Shown one piece after another: positions 14,701 to 22,666 of a stretch of 36,023 bases of DNA. The notes under the pieces are model-generated. The model was not told where the DNA came from. It searched no databases and saw only the letters and a list, made by a program, of their open reading frames with translations. Within the stretch, counting starts at the first letter, position 1; every line of letters starts with the position of its first letter. The translations under genes and the position numbers were made by a program. Origin of the DNA: a virus (taxonomy: Duplodnaviria; Caudoviricetes); IMG/VR virus record IMGVR_UViG_3300012943_000021, positions 1 to 36,023 of that record; one strand, given 5' to 3'.

Positions 14701-15150
14701 GCTGAAGTGATCAAGAAGAAATGGGGCGGTAAGCGTCCCAACCAGTCTGGCCGTCCCCGTAAGGCATGGCCGACCAGAGAAGAGTTCGTTAAGGAGTGCT
14801 GGTATCCTGCCATCAAGCGCGCGCGCGCCCGCAGGGATGTTCCAGATCAGGTTGAGTTTAGCATCACAGACCTGCGCAAGGTCTATGGTGCTGAGAACAT
14901 GAAGCTCTGGTGGAAGGTCTTCCGCAAGTCCAGGCAGGGTCGGTGCTGGGCTTGGGTTGACCCCAAGACTGGTCGCTTCAGCAAGCACAAGAACGTGGTC
15001 TCAGCCTTCGAGCTGTACTATCACATCGAGGAGATCATCACGTGCGTGGCTGAGGAGCTTGGCCACACAATTGCCGATCTGAATGCCAGCGACTGGCCGA
15101 CTGCCAAGATGCTTGAGCGCATCAAGAACATGAAGGAAAAGACAAAATGA
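14698..15150 (+). CDS. Putative DNA-binding early protein (AT-hook-like N-terminus)
   Basis: WGGKRPNQSGRPRK motif; first gene of the + strand operon; start is ATG 14698 or GTG 14707. Confidence 0.7.
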   Translation: MAEVIKKKWGGKRPNQSGRPRKAWPTREEFVKECWYPAIKRARARRDVPDQVEFSITDLRKVYGAENMKLWWKVFRKSRQGRCWAWVDPKTGRFSKHKNVVSAFELYYHIEEIITCVAEELGHTIADLNASDWPTAKMLERIKNMKEKTK

Positions 15151-15575
15151 ACCCATCAAAAGCAGAGATCACCCGCGCCCTCAAGACCCTACCGAAGGAT
15201 GGCTTGTTTGCTATCTTGATCGCCACCCCTGAGTTTACCCAGCTGAACGCGATCAAGTTCGACAGCATCCCTGAGATCCTGCTCGACACGGAGAAGTTTG
15301 ACGACAAGCGCTTCTGGGACCTTCTCGAAAACCCACCAGTTGGGGCGCCAGATGACGAGTTCGACATCATCGTCCAAGGCGTGCTTTCGATCGCGATGAA
15401 CCAGGGGATCAAGATCAACCCAGGCACCATCCTGGTCGCCGGCATCCAGACGAACATCTTCGTCGAGGAGCTGACCGTAGATGAGGCGGCCAGCGTCCTG
15501 TCCAAGACCTCCGGGGTTGAACACCTCTGGGACCCGGAAGGGCTGGGCGAGCGGTCATTTGCCACAATCCACTGA
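15147..15575 (+). CDS. Hypothetical acidic protein, 142 aa
   Basis: ATGA overlap with the upstream gene; codon style like the other phage genes. Confidence 0.75.
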   Translation: MNPSKAEITRALKTLPKDGLFAILIATPEFTQLNAIKFDSIPEILLDTEKFDDKRFWDLLENPPVGAPDDEFDIIVQGVLSIAMNQGIKINPGTILVAGIQTNIFVEELTVDEAASVLSKTSGVEHLWDPEGLGERSFATIH

Positions 15576-15618
15576 AATAATCCAAGTGTTAAATGGGCAA
15601 CACTTTTCAGTTTAGATA

Positions 15619-15631
15619 GTGTACAATGGCT
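15619..15631 (+). promoter_or_regulatory. Putative sigma70-type early promoter -10 (GTGTACAATGGCT)
   Basis: AT-rich intergenic gap; differs by one base from GTGTAAAATGGCT at 14691-14703. Confidence 0.5.
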
Positions 15632-15655
15632 CTAGGTTAGAAATGGAGTACACAA

Positions 15656-15784
15656 ATGATTTTCTTGATGTTTTTCGGATACCCCCTGCTGATCATTCTG
15701 GTCGCGATGTACCGTTGCGACAAGAGCCTGCGCGCAAGAGAGAAAGCCCATCTTGAGAAGATGGCTCGTCGGGCGTTCGCATGA
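15656..15784 (+). CDS. Small membrane protein, 42 aa (not in ORF track)
   Basis: GGAG RBS; MIFLMFFGYPLLIILVAMYRCDKSLRAREKAHLEKMARRAFA; ATGA overlap with the next ORF. Confidence 0.62.
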   Translation: MIFLMFFGYPLLIILVAMYRCDKSLRAREKAHLEKMARRAFA

Positions 15785-15930
15785 ACCGCATTGAAGCCAA
15801 CCAGAAGCGACGCAAGAGGCACGAGCGCCTGGTTCAAGCTGTCAAGAACTTGGACTACGGCGACCCTGAGCGTCGCAAGATGCTTCAGGCCCAGAAAACC
15901 ATTCGAACTTTGAAGAGGAAATGCAAATGA
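15781..15930 (+). CDS. Small basic protein, 49 aa (not in ORF track)
   Basis: MNRIEANQKRRKRHERLVQAVKNLDYGDPERRKMLQAQKTIRTLKRKCK; ATGA overlaps on both sides. Confidence 0.62.
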   Translation: MNRIEANQKRRKRHERLVQAVKNLDYGDPERRKMLQAQKTIRTLKRKCK

Positions 15931-16223
15931 TCAACGCGCTACACTTCGGTCTGATCTTCATCATGTGGATCCAGCTGCTTCGGTTGGCATATCTTGACTT
16001 CAGGGTTGATGGTTTCGTCCAAACAGTGTACACATACGGCGCGATATTTGCTGTGCTGTTCTACCTGAACAAGTCAACGCATATTCCAGATGCTATCGAT
16101 CGGTCCGTCGGCATCAGTAATGGCAATGGGTCAGTGCTCGCGATCATCGTTTCACTCACTATCAACGTGTTGTTGTCAATCTGCATCACGCGAAAGCAGA
16201 AGAAGCTGGAGGCGCTGTCATGA
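15927..16223 (+). CDS. Membrane protein with three hydrophobic segments
   Basis: GAGG RBS, ATGA overlaps, hydrophobic stretches. Confidence 0.68.
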   Translation: MINALHFGLIFIMWIQLLRLAYLDFRVDGFVQTVYTYGAIFAVLFYLNKSTHIPDAIDRSVGISNGNGSVLAIIVSLTINVLLSICITRKQKKLEALS

Positions 16224-16477
16224 TCAGCGACGATCACGATTTCTGCGACGAGTGCCCGGGCTGCCAACCTGCCATCATTGATCCTGAGACCGGCAAGCTG
16301 ATGGCTGACGATCATCCGACCGCAATCGAGATCAACAAGTGGTGGAAAACCAAGACCACCTACCTGGAGCGCAAGGCGATGATCATCGTGTGGCGCAATC
16401 GCAAGCAGCCCATCGAAGAGAGATGGCGCGCCATCAAGGCCATGGCGCGCATGAAGACTGAGATTGAGGCATCGTAA
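16220..16477 (+). CDS. Hypothetical protein with N-terminal C-x2-C-x2-C
   Basis: GGAGG RBS; HDFCDECPGCQP. Confidence 0.72.
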   Translation: MISDDHDFCDECPGCQPAIIDPETGKLMADDHPTAIEINKWWKTKTTYLERKAMIIVWRNRKQPIEERWRAIKAMARMKTEIEAS

Positions 16478-16483
16478 GATCAT

Positions 16484-16572
16484 GGTGTCGTGGCTGAGCG
16501 GTCAAAAGCAGTCGTTTTATGAACGACCACGGATGCGCCTGAGCGCAGGTTCAAATCCTGTCGACACCTCCA
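16484..16572 (+). tRNA. Class II (long variable arm) tRNA with UAU anticodon; nominally Ile, identity uncertain
   Basis: GGTGTCG/CGACACC acceptor, GTCGT-TT TAT GA-ACGAC, 17-nt variable region, GGTTCAAATCC, TCCA end. Confidence 0.85.
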
Positions 16573-16577
16573 ATTTT

Positions 16578-16666
16578 GGAACCATGGCTGAGAGGTCAAA
16601 AGCACCCGCCCCAAAAGCGGGTGTGGGTGCGCCCACGCGGGGGTTCAAATCCCTCTGGTTCCTCCA
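16578..16666 (+). tRNA. Class II tRNA with CAA anticodon; nominally Leu, atypical (C33, U73)
   Basis: GGAACCA/TGGTTCC acceptor, CCCGC-CC CAA AA-GCGGG, V arm GTGGG-TGCG-CCCAC, TCCA end. Confidence 0.85.
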
Positions 16667-16695
16667 ACTTTCGTTCCTCAACTAAGGAGAAGTTA

Positions 16696-17400
16696 ATGCA
16701 GCTTTCAGCAAACAAAGATATCCAACGCGTGGCCGATCGGGTTATCTCGCTCGGCCTGGCCAAAGGCGACAAGACAAAGGCCAATCATGGTCGCCTCATT
16801 CCGACAGATCGTTCTAAACCAATCTTGGTTTTTCCATCAACACCATCAGATCATCGAAGTGTGTTGAACTTCTTCGCTGATGTTAAGCGAACTTGGGGGC
16901 CCGAATGGGATAGAGACCCAGACAAGGAATACGTTCCCATCATCGATGAGACCAAATACGCTGAGAACACCGTGGTGGACCCAGCAGAAACGATGGCTCT
17001 CGATGATCTAGAAGCACAGCTGCAGAAGCTGCAAGGTATCCGCAACAAGCGTGTCGCAGAGGCACGTGTTCAAATTGAAGCTGAACTTGGGCGGGCTGAA
17101 GCAGATTGGCGGTCAGCTCAAGAAGATGTGCGCGCAGCTGAAGCGCTCTGCGCTGAAGCTCGCCTCCGCGTGTATCGCTTGAAGGAACGCCTCGGCCACC
17201 GCGATCCTGTTGAGCGCAAGATCACCAGGAACCTACCAGATAACATTCTTGAGCTGTACAATAAGACGAAGAGCTCGTGTATTGCCACGCGTGGTCGTAA
17301 CCCTGGTGAGTTCTCGTGCAGGTCTTTCGCGGCTATGCATAAGCTCGATTACAACAGCGTGCTTGCATGGTACGCGGCCAACAGGAACACATTGAGTTAA
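16696..17400 (+). CDS. HicA-like N-terminal domain plus coiled coil and possible C-terminal HTH, 234 aa
   Basis: AAGGAG RBS; NHGRL...ILVFPSTPSDHRSVLNFFADVKR resembles the HicA-like dsRBD-fold family. Confidence 0.65.
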   Translation: MQLSANKDIQRVADRVISLGLAKGDKTKANHGRLIPTDRSKPILVFPSTPSDHRSVLNFFADVKRTWGPEWDRDPDKEYVPIIDETKYAENTVVDPAETMALDDLEAQLQKLQGIRNKRVAEARVQIEAELGRAEADWRSAQEDVRAAEALCAEARLRVYRLKERLGHRDPVERKITRNLPDNILELYNKTKSSCIATRGRNPGEFSCRSFAAMHKLDYNSVLAWYAANRNTLS

Positions 17401-17462
17401 GGGCGGACGAAGCCGTAAGGCCCGTCAAGGTCTTCCAGAAACACCTAAACCTCGCCCTGATC

Positions 17463-17496
17463 AGGCCCTCTATCTCGCCAGGTGGAGGGCCTTTTT
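17463..17496 (+). terminator. Intrinsic terminator at the convergence of early and late transcription
   Basis: AGGCCCTC...GAGGGCCT hairpin followed by a T run. Confidence 0.8.
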
Positions 17497-17929
17497 ACTG
17501 TCTGATGCCCGTGCGGGTCTGAACAGACAGACGGGTAGCTCTGCCCTTTACCTGCTCTGCCCACTTGGACTTGAGCATGTTGGCTGCAGCGCCCTCAAAG
17601 TTCTTGGCCTTGAACATCCCTAGCGTGTTGACGAACTGCAGAAGCTTGTCACCCATGTTGAAGTACATGTTGATCAGGACTTCCTGTCGGACCTGGTCGA
17701 GCGAGCACACCCATGGAAGTTTGGTCGTCAACAGGGCGGTATGCTTAGCGATGTCTCCATCGAGCATCAGATCGCACTGCTGCTGGGTGATCTTGTATCC
17801 CTTCCACTTTGTTTCGCTCGCCGGCCCAAGCCAATGGCCAACACCGATCGTCCAGTACCCGAGAGTATCCTGGTAGGCGGTCAGCTTGACCCCCTCATCT
17901 CGACAGAGCTGTTCGCGGAGTGAGTTCAT
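17495..17929 (-). CDS. Endolysin, T4-lysozyme family (GH24)
   Basis: Catalytic E-x8-D-x5-T (DEGVKLTAYQDTLGYWTIGVGH); NMYFNMG; SKWAEQVKGRA. Confidence 0.95.
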   Translation of the reverse strand: MNSLREQLCRDEGVKLTAYQDTLGYWTIGVGHWLGPASETKWKGYKITQQQCDLMLDGDIAKHTALLTTKLPWVCSLDQVRQEVLINMYFNMGDKLLQFVNTLGMFKAKNFEGAAANMLKSKWAEQVKGRATRLSVQTRTGIRQ

Positions 17930-18414
17930 CTGGTTTCACGTGCCCACTTACGCCACAGAAGCTCTGCGTCAAGGGCATCTCTGCCGATTGTCAGCGCGTC
18001 TCTGAGGACGAAGGCGTCGAGGCTGGCAGTTGGTCCAGGAGCTGCTGCAGGCGGGCTTTCGCTTCCTGAAGCTCCTGGTCCGACGGCTGGGTCACCAGGC
18101 TTGCAGGTGGTTCCGCCGGGCGTGGACAGATTGATGGTCGGACGGTCGCGCAGCCGCTTGCTGAGATCAGCAATAGTGCCGCCACGGGTATCAGCCAGTT
18201 TCTTGTAGTCATCTGCGATTTCCTTCTTTACGTATTCGTTGTCGCGCTCGATCTCGTCAACCCGTTTCTGGTCAGCCTTCGCCTGGATGGTTAGCTCTGC
18301 CTTGAGGATGTCAAACTTGCGCTTGCCATCGTAGTGCCCTTTGAAGTAGGCACCAACTACCAGGAGCAGGGTGGCTCCTGCAATCACAAGGTACTTGTTA
18401 GGAACCGGAAGCAT
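17926..18414 (-). CDS. Rz: Inner-membrane spanin (Rz-like)
   Basis: N-terminal TM segment, periplasmic coiled coil, adjacent to endolysin, contains an out-of-frame lipoprotein ORF. Confidence 0.82.
   Translation of the reverse strand: MLPVPNKYLVIAGATLLLVVGAYFKGHYDGKRKFDILKAELTIQAKADQKRVDEIERDNEYVKKEIADDYKKLADTRGGTIADLSKRLRDRPTINLSTPGGTTCKPGDPAVGPGASGSESPPAAAPGPTASLDAFVLRDALTIGRDALDAELLWRKWARETR
17991..18212 (-). CDS. Rz1: Outer-membrane spanin lipoprotein (Rz1-like), embedded in Rz
   Basis: Signal peptide with lipobox ASG-C; Pro-rich mature part; fully nested in another frame. Confidence 0.82.
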   Translation of the reverse strand: MTTRNWLIPVAALLLISASGCATVRPSICPRPAEPPASLVTQPSDQELQEAKARLQQLLDQLPASTPSSSETR

Positions 18415-18652
18415 CTTTACCGGCCTTTCCGTCGAGGAACTTGGAGAGCAGCCCGTGACCAGCAGCGGATGCAAGGTAGGCGGTGAAGTACTCAACCCCA
18501 AATCCGCCCATGATGATCAGCTTCCAACAGAACAGAGTGCTAAAGATGAACGCCCAGAAGGTGATCGTCTTGGACAGGGACTTGCGCCCGCTGTCGTCGG
18601 TCGTCAGCTCAACGATGTAGGACTTCGTGTCCTTAATTGGGCACCAGCTCAT
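18398..18652 (-). CDS. Holin-like membrane protein, 84 aa
   Basis: Two hydrophobic segments, in the lysis cassette, AAGGA RBS. Confidence 0.65.
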   Translation of the reverse strand: MSWCPIKDTKSYIVELTTDDSGRKSLSKTITFWAFIFSTLFCWKLIIMGGFGVEYFTAYLASAAGHGLLSKFLDGKAGKDASGS

Positions 18653-18653
18653 G

Positions 18654-18815
18654 TTAGTCCTTTACTACCTTCTTGGTCTTGAAGTACTCGTAGATGCGAA
18701 TGCTGTACCAGATGATCGACAAGCCCGCTGCGATGTATGGCAGCAGCTGAAAGATGGCCAGGACCGCGGTTACTGCCGCCCCTGCGTCTGCTGCTGCTTT
18801 GATTGGCTCACTCAC
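18654..18815 (-). CDS. Small holin-like protein, 53 aa (not in ORF track)
   Basis: AGGAG RBS, GTG start; MSEPIKAAADAGAAVTAVLAIFQLLPYIAAGLSIIWYSIRIYEYFKTKKVVKD. Confidence 0.68.
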   Translation of the reverse strand: MSEPIKAAADAGAAVTAVLAIFQLLPYIAAGLSIIWYSIRIYEYFKTKKVVKD

Positions 18816-19125
18816 TTGCTTGTCTCCTGCGGAAGGATGTCATTCTCTGGGCTGGTGTCTGGCCGTCTGATGGGAACCAACCGCGCTTGCGGAGGGTAGC
18901 TTCAGACTGCTTTTGATCTGCGGCAGGCTCATCGTACTGGACAGCACCCTTGTCGACGGCGCGATAACCAGTTCCAGGCTCATAGACTGCCATCAGGTCT
19001 GGATGGTTGCGCCAGCTTGGTGGGGGTACAGCTTCCTGGACGTTCTTGAAGACGCGGAGATTACCCTTGATGCGCGTTGGGTCAACGATGATGTTTCGGC
19101 GTCCTGCGCCTGAGATGATTGGCAT
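18808..19125 (-). CDS. Hypothetical protein, 105 aa
   Basis: AGGA RBS; between the fibre gene and the lysis genes. Confidence 0.7.
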   Translation of the reverse strand: MPIISGAGRRNIIVDPTRIKGNLRVFKNVQEAVPPPSWRNHPDLMAVYEPGTGYRAVDKGAVQYDEPAADQKQSEATLRKRGWFPSDGQTPAQRMTSFRRRQASE

Positions 19126-19129
19126 AGCG

Positions 19130-21841
19130 TTATCCTACAATCCAGTTGGCACCGTCATACCAGACAGGCGTCTTTGCCGAACCACCACCAACCACGGTTG
19201 CACCGAACGTTGGGGCAAGTGCGTCATTTGCGAATGCCCTTGCGTACGTTGGCATCGTGAGGGCGTTTAGAGCCGTCACCGTGTAATCAGGGAACACGAT
19301 CGGCATGTTCACCGCGTGCAGGTGATCATCATGGATGTTGAGGGTTGCAGCGCCGCCGTGGATGTTCAGGATGATTGGTTCAGGGCTGAGGGCAGGCGTT
19401 CCTGATGCGTCCGTGTAGTAGAGCTTAAATCCAGCGCCAAGTGAGAACGCCGTCGGACTTGAGTACTGGCGACCCGAGTGCATGTAGAACTGAAGGTTGC
19501 TCTTGTCCGAGCCGCTTGCCATCGTTGCCTGGTCGGTCGAGTTGACGTTTAGACCTACGGACTGGTAGGTGCCCGTTGTTGGGCCGCCAGTTGGCTGTGG
19601 TGGGAAGTAGTTGATTGTCAGGTTTGGCTGCGACTGCGTCTCATCAACGTCATATGCGCCCACGGTGTCAGTGCCGAACTTGTGCAGCAGCTGGCGGTAG
19701 TGCAGCTCAACGTTCGGGTTGGTCGTTGAGGCGGTGCCGACAGTTGGGTCGAACTTCAGCCAGTCGTGGGTGCCACCAGCGTCGAACAGGAAGAACTTGC
19801 CAACGTTGCTTGTCAGTGTACCCGAGGTGTTGAGCGTCAGGTTGCCAGACGACGTGATGCCGAACGTTCCAGTTACACCAATGCTTGAGTTGCTCGTGTA
19901 CGTATGCGTTGCGGCAGCTGCGTTGATGTTCAGCGCTGACGATGTTAGGTTCAGCGTGCTCGAGGTGGCTGTCAGGCTCATCGCGCCAGAAGAGGTTACA
20001 CCAAACGTGCCCGTTACACCAATCGTGCTGTTGCCACCGTAGGTGTGCGTTGCGGCACCCGACGTGGTCCAGCCCATCGTTGACAGGCTTGAGGTCAGCG
20101 CGCCTGTTCCGGAGATTGAGAGACGCACGGTTCCAGCAACACCGCCAGTGCGGAGGTTGACTGAACCGATGGTTGAGCCACCGCCAGATTGCAGGAACGT
20201 GTTTCCTGAGGTTCCATTGGTTGCGCCAGCAGAGCCGATGGTGCAAGCACCAGAGCTGCAGCCCGCTGTGCCAGATCCGGCGCCCGATGTGATTATCAGC
20301 GAGCCACCAGTACCCGTGCCCGTTGATGTTCCACCTGCAAGAGTGACCGCACCACCCGCCTTGTCAGTTCCCACGCCGTTAGCGCCTGAGATGCTTACTG
20401 CACCACCAGCACCATCTGTTGGGGTTCCGCCTGCGAGCGTTACAAGACCGCCAGCCCCAGTTCCAGAATGTGCAGCGCCGCGAATGGTCAGAATGCCGGC
20501 TGTGCCGGACGAGACAGTCTCGCGCACGATGCGGAAGGTGGTGGAGCTGTCCGTGCCGATAACAAGGTGGTTGTTCGCGGTGTCAATCTTGTAGCCGGTG
20601 TTCGCACCCATGGCACCAGCGTTGTTGTACTGGATTTCCATGTTAGAGCCGGCTGGGGCACCAACGATGGTTGCTGGGTCGACCCATGTTGGGTTTGTTG
20701 CAGATCCCTGAGACTTGAGAATATAGCCTGAGGTGCCAAAGTTTGTACCAGAAGAGCCGTAAGACCATGCGCCCGTTGAGTTGACGCGCGCCATCTCGGT
20801 TCCGCCGGAGAACTGGCGGATTATAAGCTTGCCCGGGGTTGAGCCACCTACTGGGACGTCGAGGTAGATTGAGCCATCAGCCACAGCACCGTTACCACCG
20901 CGAATGATGACGTCAGCACCAGTTCCACCGGTGCCAGTCGCTGAACCGGCTACGAGCGTTACGTTACCGCCGGCATTTGCCGTGGCTCCAGCGATTGAGC
21001 CACCGAACAGGTTGACGTCTACACCGTCGTGCGTGGCGTCGCCTGAGTTACCCCACAACGTGAACGCACCGCCAGCCGCACCAAGGTACAAGCCGGGCAT
21101 GCCATCAATGTAGGTCAGCTTGCTGTTGCCAGCCAGCGAGCCTGAGCTGTTGTACTGCACCTGCGTATCTGAACCACCAGCGGCAGATGTCCCGTTTGCC
21201 CATGTAGGCGGTGAACCAGAGCCGTTAGACTTAAGATACTGTCCCGACGTGCCTGCTGAAGCGGAGCCGTCATACAGCACGCCGTTCATGTTAAGGCGAG
21301 TGTTGACCGTGGTGGTCGCGAGAACCGAGGTGGTGATGCTCAGCGTGCTCGTGCCGCTGTTGTAGGTAGCCGAGCTGATGCCACCGAATGCACCAGAGTT
21401 GTTGTACTGTAGCTGGGTGTTAGAGCCGCCCGGGGTGCCCGTAGGCGTCTGCCAGGTTGGAACACCAGATGAACCTGCTGATGTCAGAACCTGTCCTGAC
21501 GTACCTGCAGAGCTGTCGATTGCAAGAGCACCATTTGAGTTGATGGCGTATGAGTGAGAGCCCATCGACATCGTAACGCCGGAAGAACCACGAATGGTTA
21601 CTACGTTGGTGGTGTCGTTGATTTCGATGGCGCATGAGCCGCTGCCTGAAGCAGCAGCACCTAGCTGCAGACCCGCGCCTGCCGCATCTCTTATGCGTAC
21701 TAGGGTGGTAGTTCCATCAAGTGCAAGATTGGTGTCAAAGTTGAGACCATAGTCTGCGCTCTCTGCACCGGCCGTGAGCGTTAGCTGAGCAATAGAAAAC
21801 TGGTCCCACTGCGTGCCATCAATGTTGAGCTTATTCGTCAT
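19130..21841 (-). CDS. Long tail fibre-like protein, 903 aa
   Basis: G/S/T-rich; three GT.GQ.L.S.G....PTW plus GGS.TQ.QYN..G modules; GG.V.(I/L).GG beta-helix-like repeats. Confidence 0.8.
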   Translation of the reverse strand: MTNKLNIDGTQWDQFSIAQLTLTAGAESADYGLNFDTNLALDGTTTLVRIRDAAGAGLQLGAAASGSGSCAIEINDTTNVVTIRGSSGVTMSMGSHSYAINSNGALAIDSSAGTSGQVLTSAGSSGVPTWQTPTGTPGGSNTQLQYNNSGAFGGISSATYNSGTSTLSITTSVLATTTVNTRLNMNGVLYDGSASAGTSGQYLKSNGSGSPPTWANGTSAAGGSDTQVQYNSSGSLAGNSKLTYIDGMPGLYLGAAGGAFTLWGNSGDATHDGVDVNLFGGSIAGATANAGGNVTLVAGSATGTGGTGADVIIRGGNGAVADGSIYLDVPVGGSTPGKLIIRQFSGGTEMARVNSTGAWSYGSSGTNFGTSGYILKSQGSATNPTWVDPATIVGAPAGSNMEIQYNNAGAMGANTGYKIDTANNHLVIGTDSSTTFRIVRETVSSGTAGILTIRGAAHSGTGAGGLVTLAGGTPTDGAGGAVSISGANGVGTDKAGGAVTLAGGTSTGTGTGGSLIITSGAGSGTAGCSSGACTIGSAGATNGTSGNTFLQSGGGSTIGSVNLRTGGVAGTVRLSISGTGALTSSLSTMGWTTSGAATHTYGGNSTIGVTGTFGVTSSGAMSLTATSSTLNLTSSALNINAAAATHTYTSNSSIGVTGTFGITSSGNLTLNTSGTLTSNVGKFFLFDAGGTHDWLKFDPTVGTASTTNPNVELHYRQLLHKFGTDTVGAYDVDETQSQPNLTINYFPPQPTGGPTTGTYQSVGLNVNSTDQATMASGSDKSNLQFYMHSGRQYSSPTAFSLGAGFKLYYTDASGTPALSPEPIILNIHGGAATLNIHDDHLHAVNMPIVFPDYTVTALNALTMPTYARAFANDALAPTFGATVVGGGSAKTPVWYDGANWIVG

Positions 21842-21921
21842 TCGTACCTCAAAGTGGCGACGCTCGACTTATGCTGGGTAACAAGGCCAGCGGCGAGCGT
21901 CCTTAGGGGCTCCCTAAGACT

Positions 21922-22632
21922 TTACAGGATCGTTGGGATGCTGTAGTAGACGTCAATGAAGCCAGCACCTGCAGCCGAGCTGTCAGCGGTGTACGTGGCA
22001 ATCAGCGCCTGTGGCGAACCCGACGTTGCGACCCTGCGGCAAGCCGTTACGCCGTACGAGCCGACAACCTTGAGGTTGACGTCAGAAGCGGCGGTGAACT
22101 TCGAGGTGTTGCCTGAGATACCAACGGTAATCTGCGGGGCGGTGCCGTCAAAGGCGGTGTTGACGAGAACGTCCACCTGGTTGACAACTGCGTTGGCTGG
22201 CAGCGAGAACAGCGCGATTGGTGAGCTGTCACCGAAGGCGATCGCCTTGCGAGCAATCAGAACACCGTTTGCAGAACCGGCTGATGGGGCTTCCCAGGTT
22301 GCAACACCATCGCCAGCAAGCGTAGTCAGGACGTAGCCTGGCGAACCATTGTCTGGTGGAAGCGTGAACTGAACTGCTTCAGTTGGCGAGGCAGCTGAGG
22401 AGATCGTGGTTGGGTAGGTGCCTCCACTGTCCAGGACTACCTGGTCAGCGGTGCCTTCAAGCACGAGCTCAAGGGCGGTTACCTTGACCGCATCACCAGC
22501 AGCGTCAACAAGCTTGAGGTCGCCGCTGTCATTTTGGATGGCAGGACCGCCGTTGTTGGCATCAATCTGGAAATCCGGCTTGGTTGTGCCGGTCAGGTCA
22601 AGTTCATTCTTTGGGGTTACGAGAGCGGTCAT
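21922..22632 (-). CDS. Putative structural fibre/spike protein, 236 aa
   Basis: GGAGGA RBS; TLP..NG..GYVLTT...G..TW fibre motif; C-terminal beta domain shared with 22666-23535. Confidence 0.65.
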   Translation of the reverse strand: MTALVTPKNELDLTGTTKPDFQIDANNGGPAIQNDSGDLKLVDAAGDAVKVTALELVLEGTADQVVLDSGGTYPTTISSAASPTEAVQFTLPPDNGSPGYVLTTLAGDGVATWEAPSAGSANGVLIARKAIAFGDSSPIALFSLPANAVVNQVDVLVNTAFDGTAPQITVGISGNTSKFTAASDVNLKVVGSYGVTACRRVATSGSPQALIATYTADSSAAGAGFIDVYYSIPTIL

Positions 22633-22656
22633 GTGGATATTCCTCCAGGAAGTTTA

Positions 22657-22666
22657 GTATTTACGT
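22657..22666 (-). promoter_or_regulatory. Putative late promoter (ACGTAAATAC)
   Basis: Intergenic, about 25 nt upstream of ATG 22632. Confidence 0.55.

Noticed and set aside
16484-16666. Stop-codon reassignment through suppressor tRNAs
   Set aside because: The anticodons are not CUA, UUA or UCA, and genes are intact and tightly packed under the standard code
17400-17458. Hammerhead ribozyme
   Set aside because: GGACGA-hairpin resembles the core, but CTGATGA and a GAAA directly after stem II are not present
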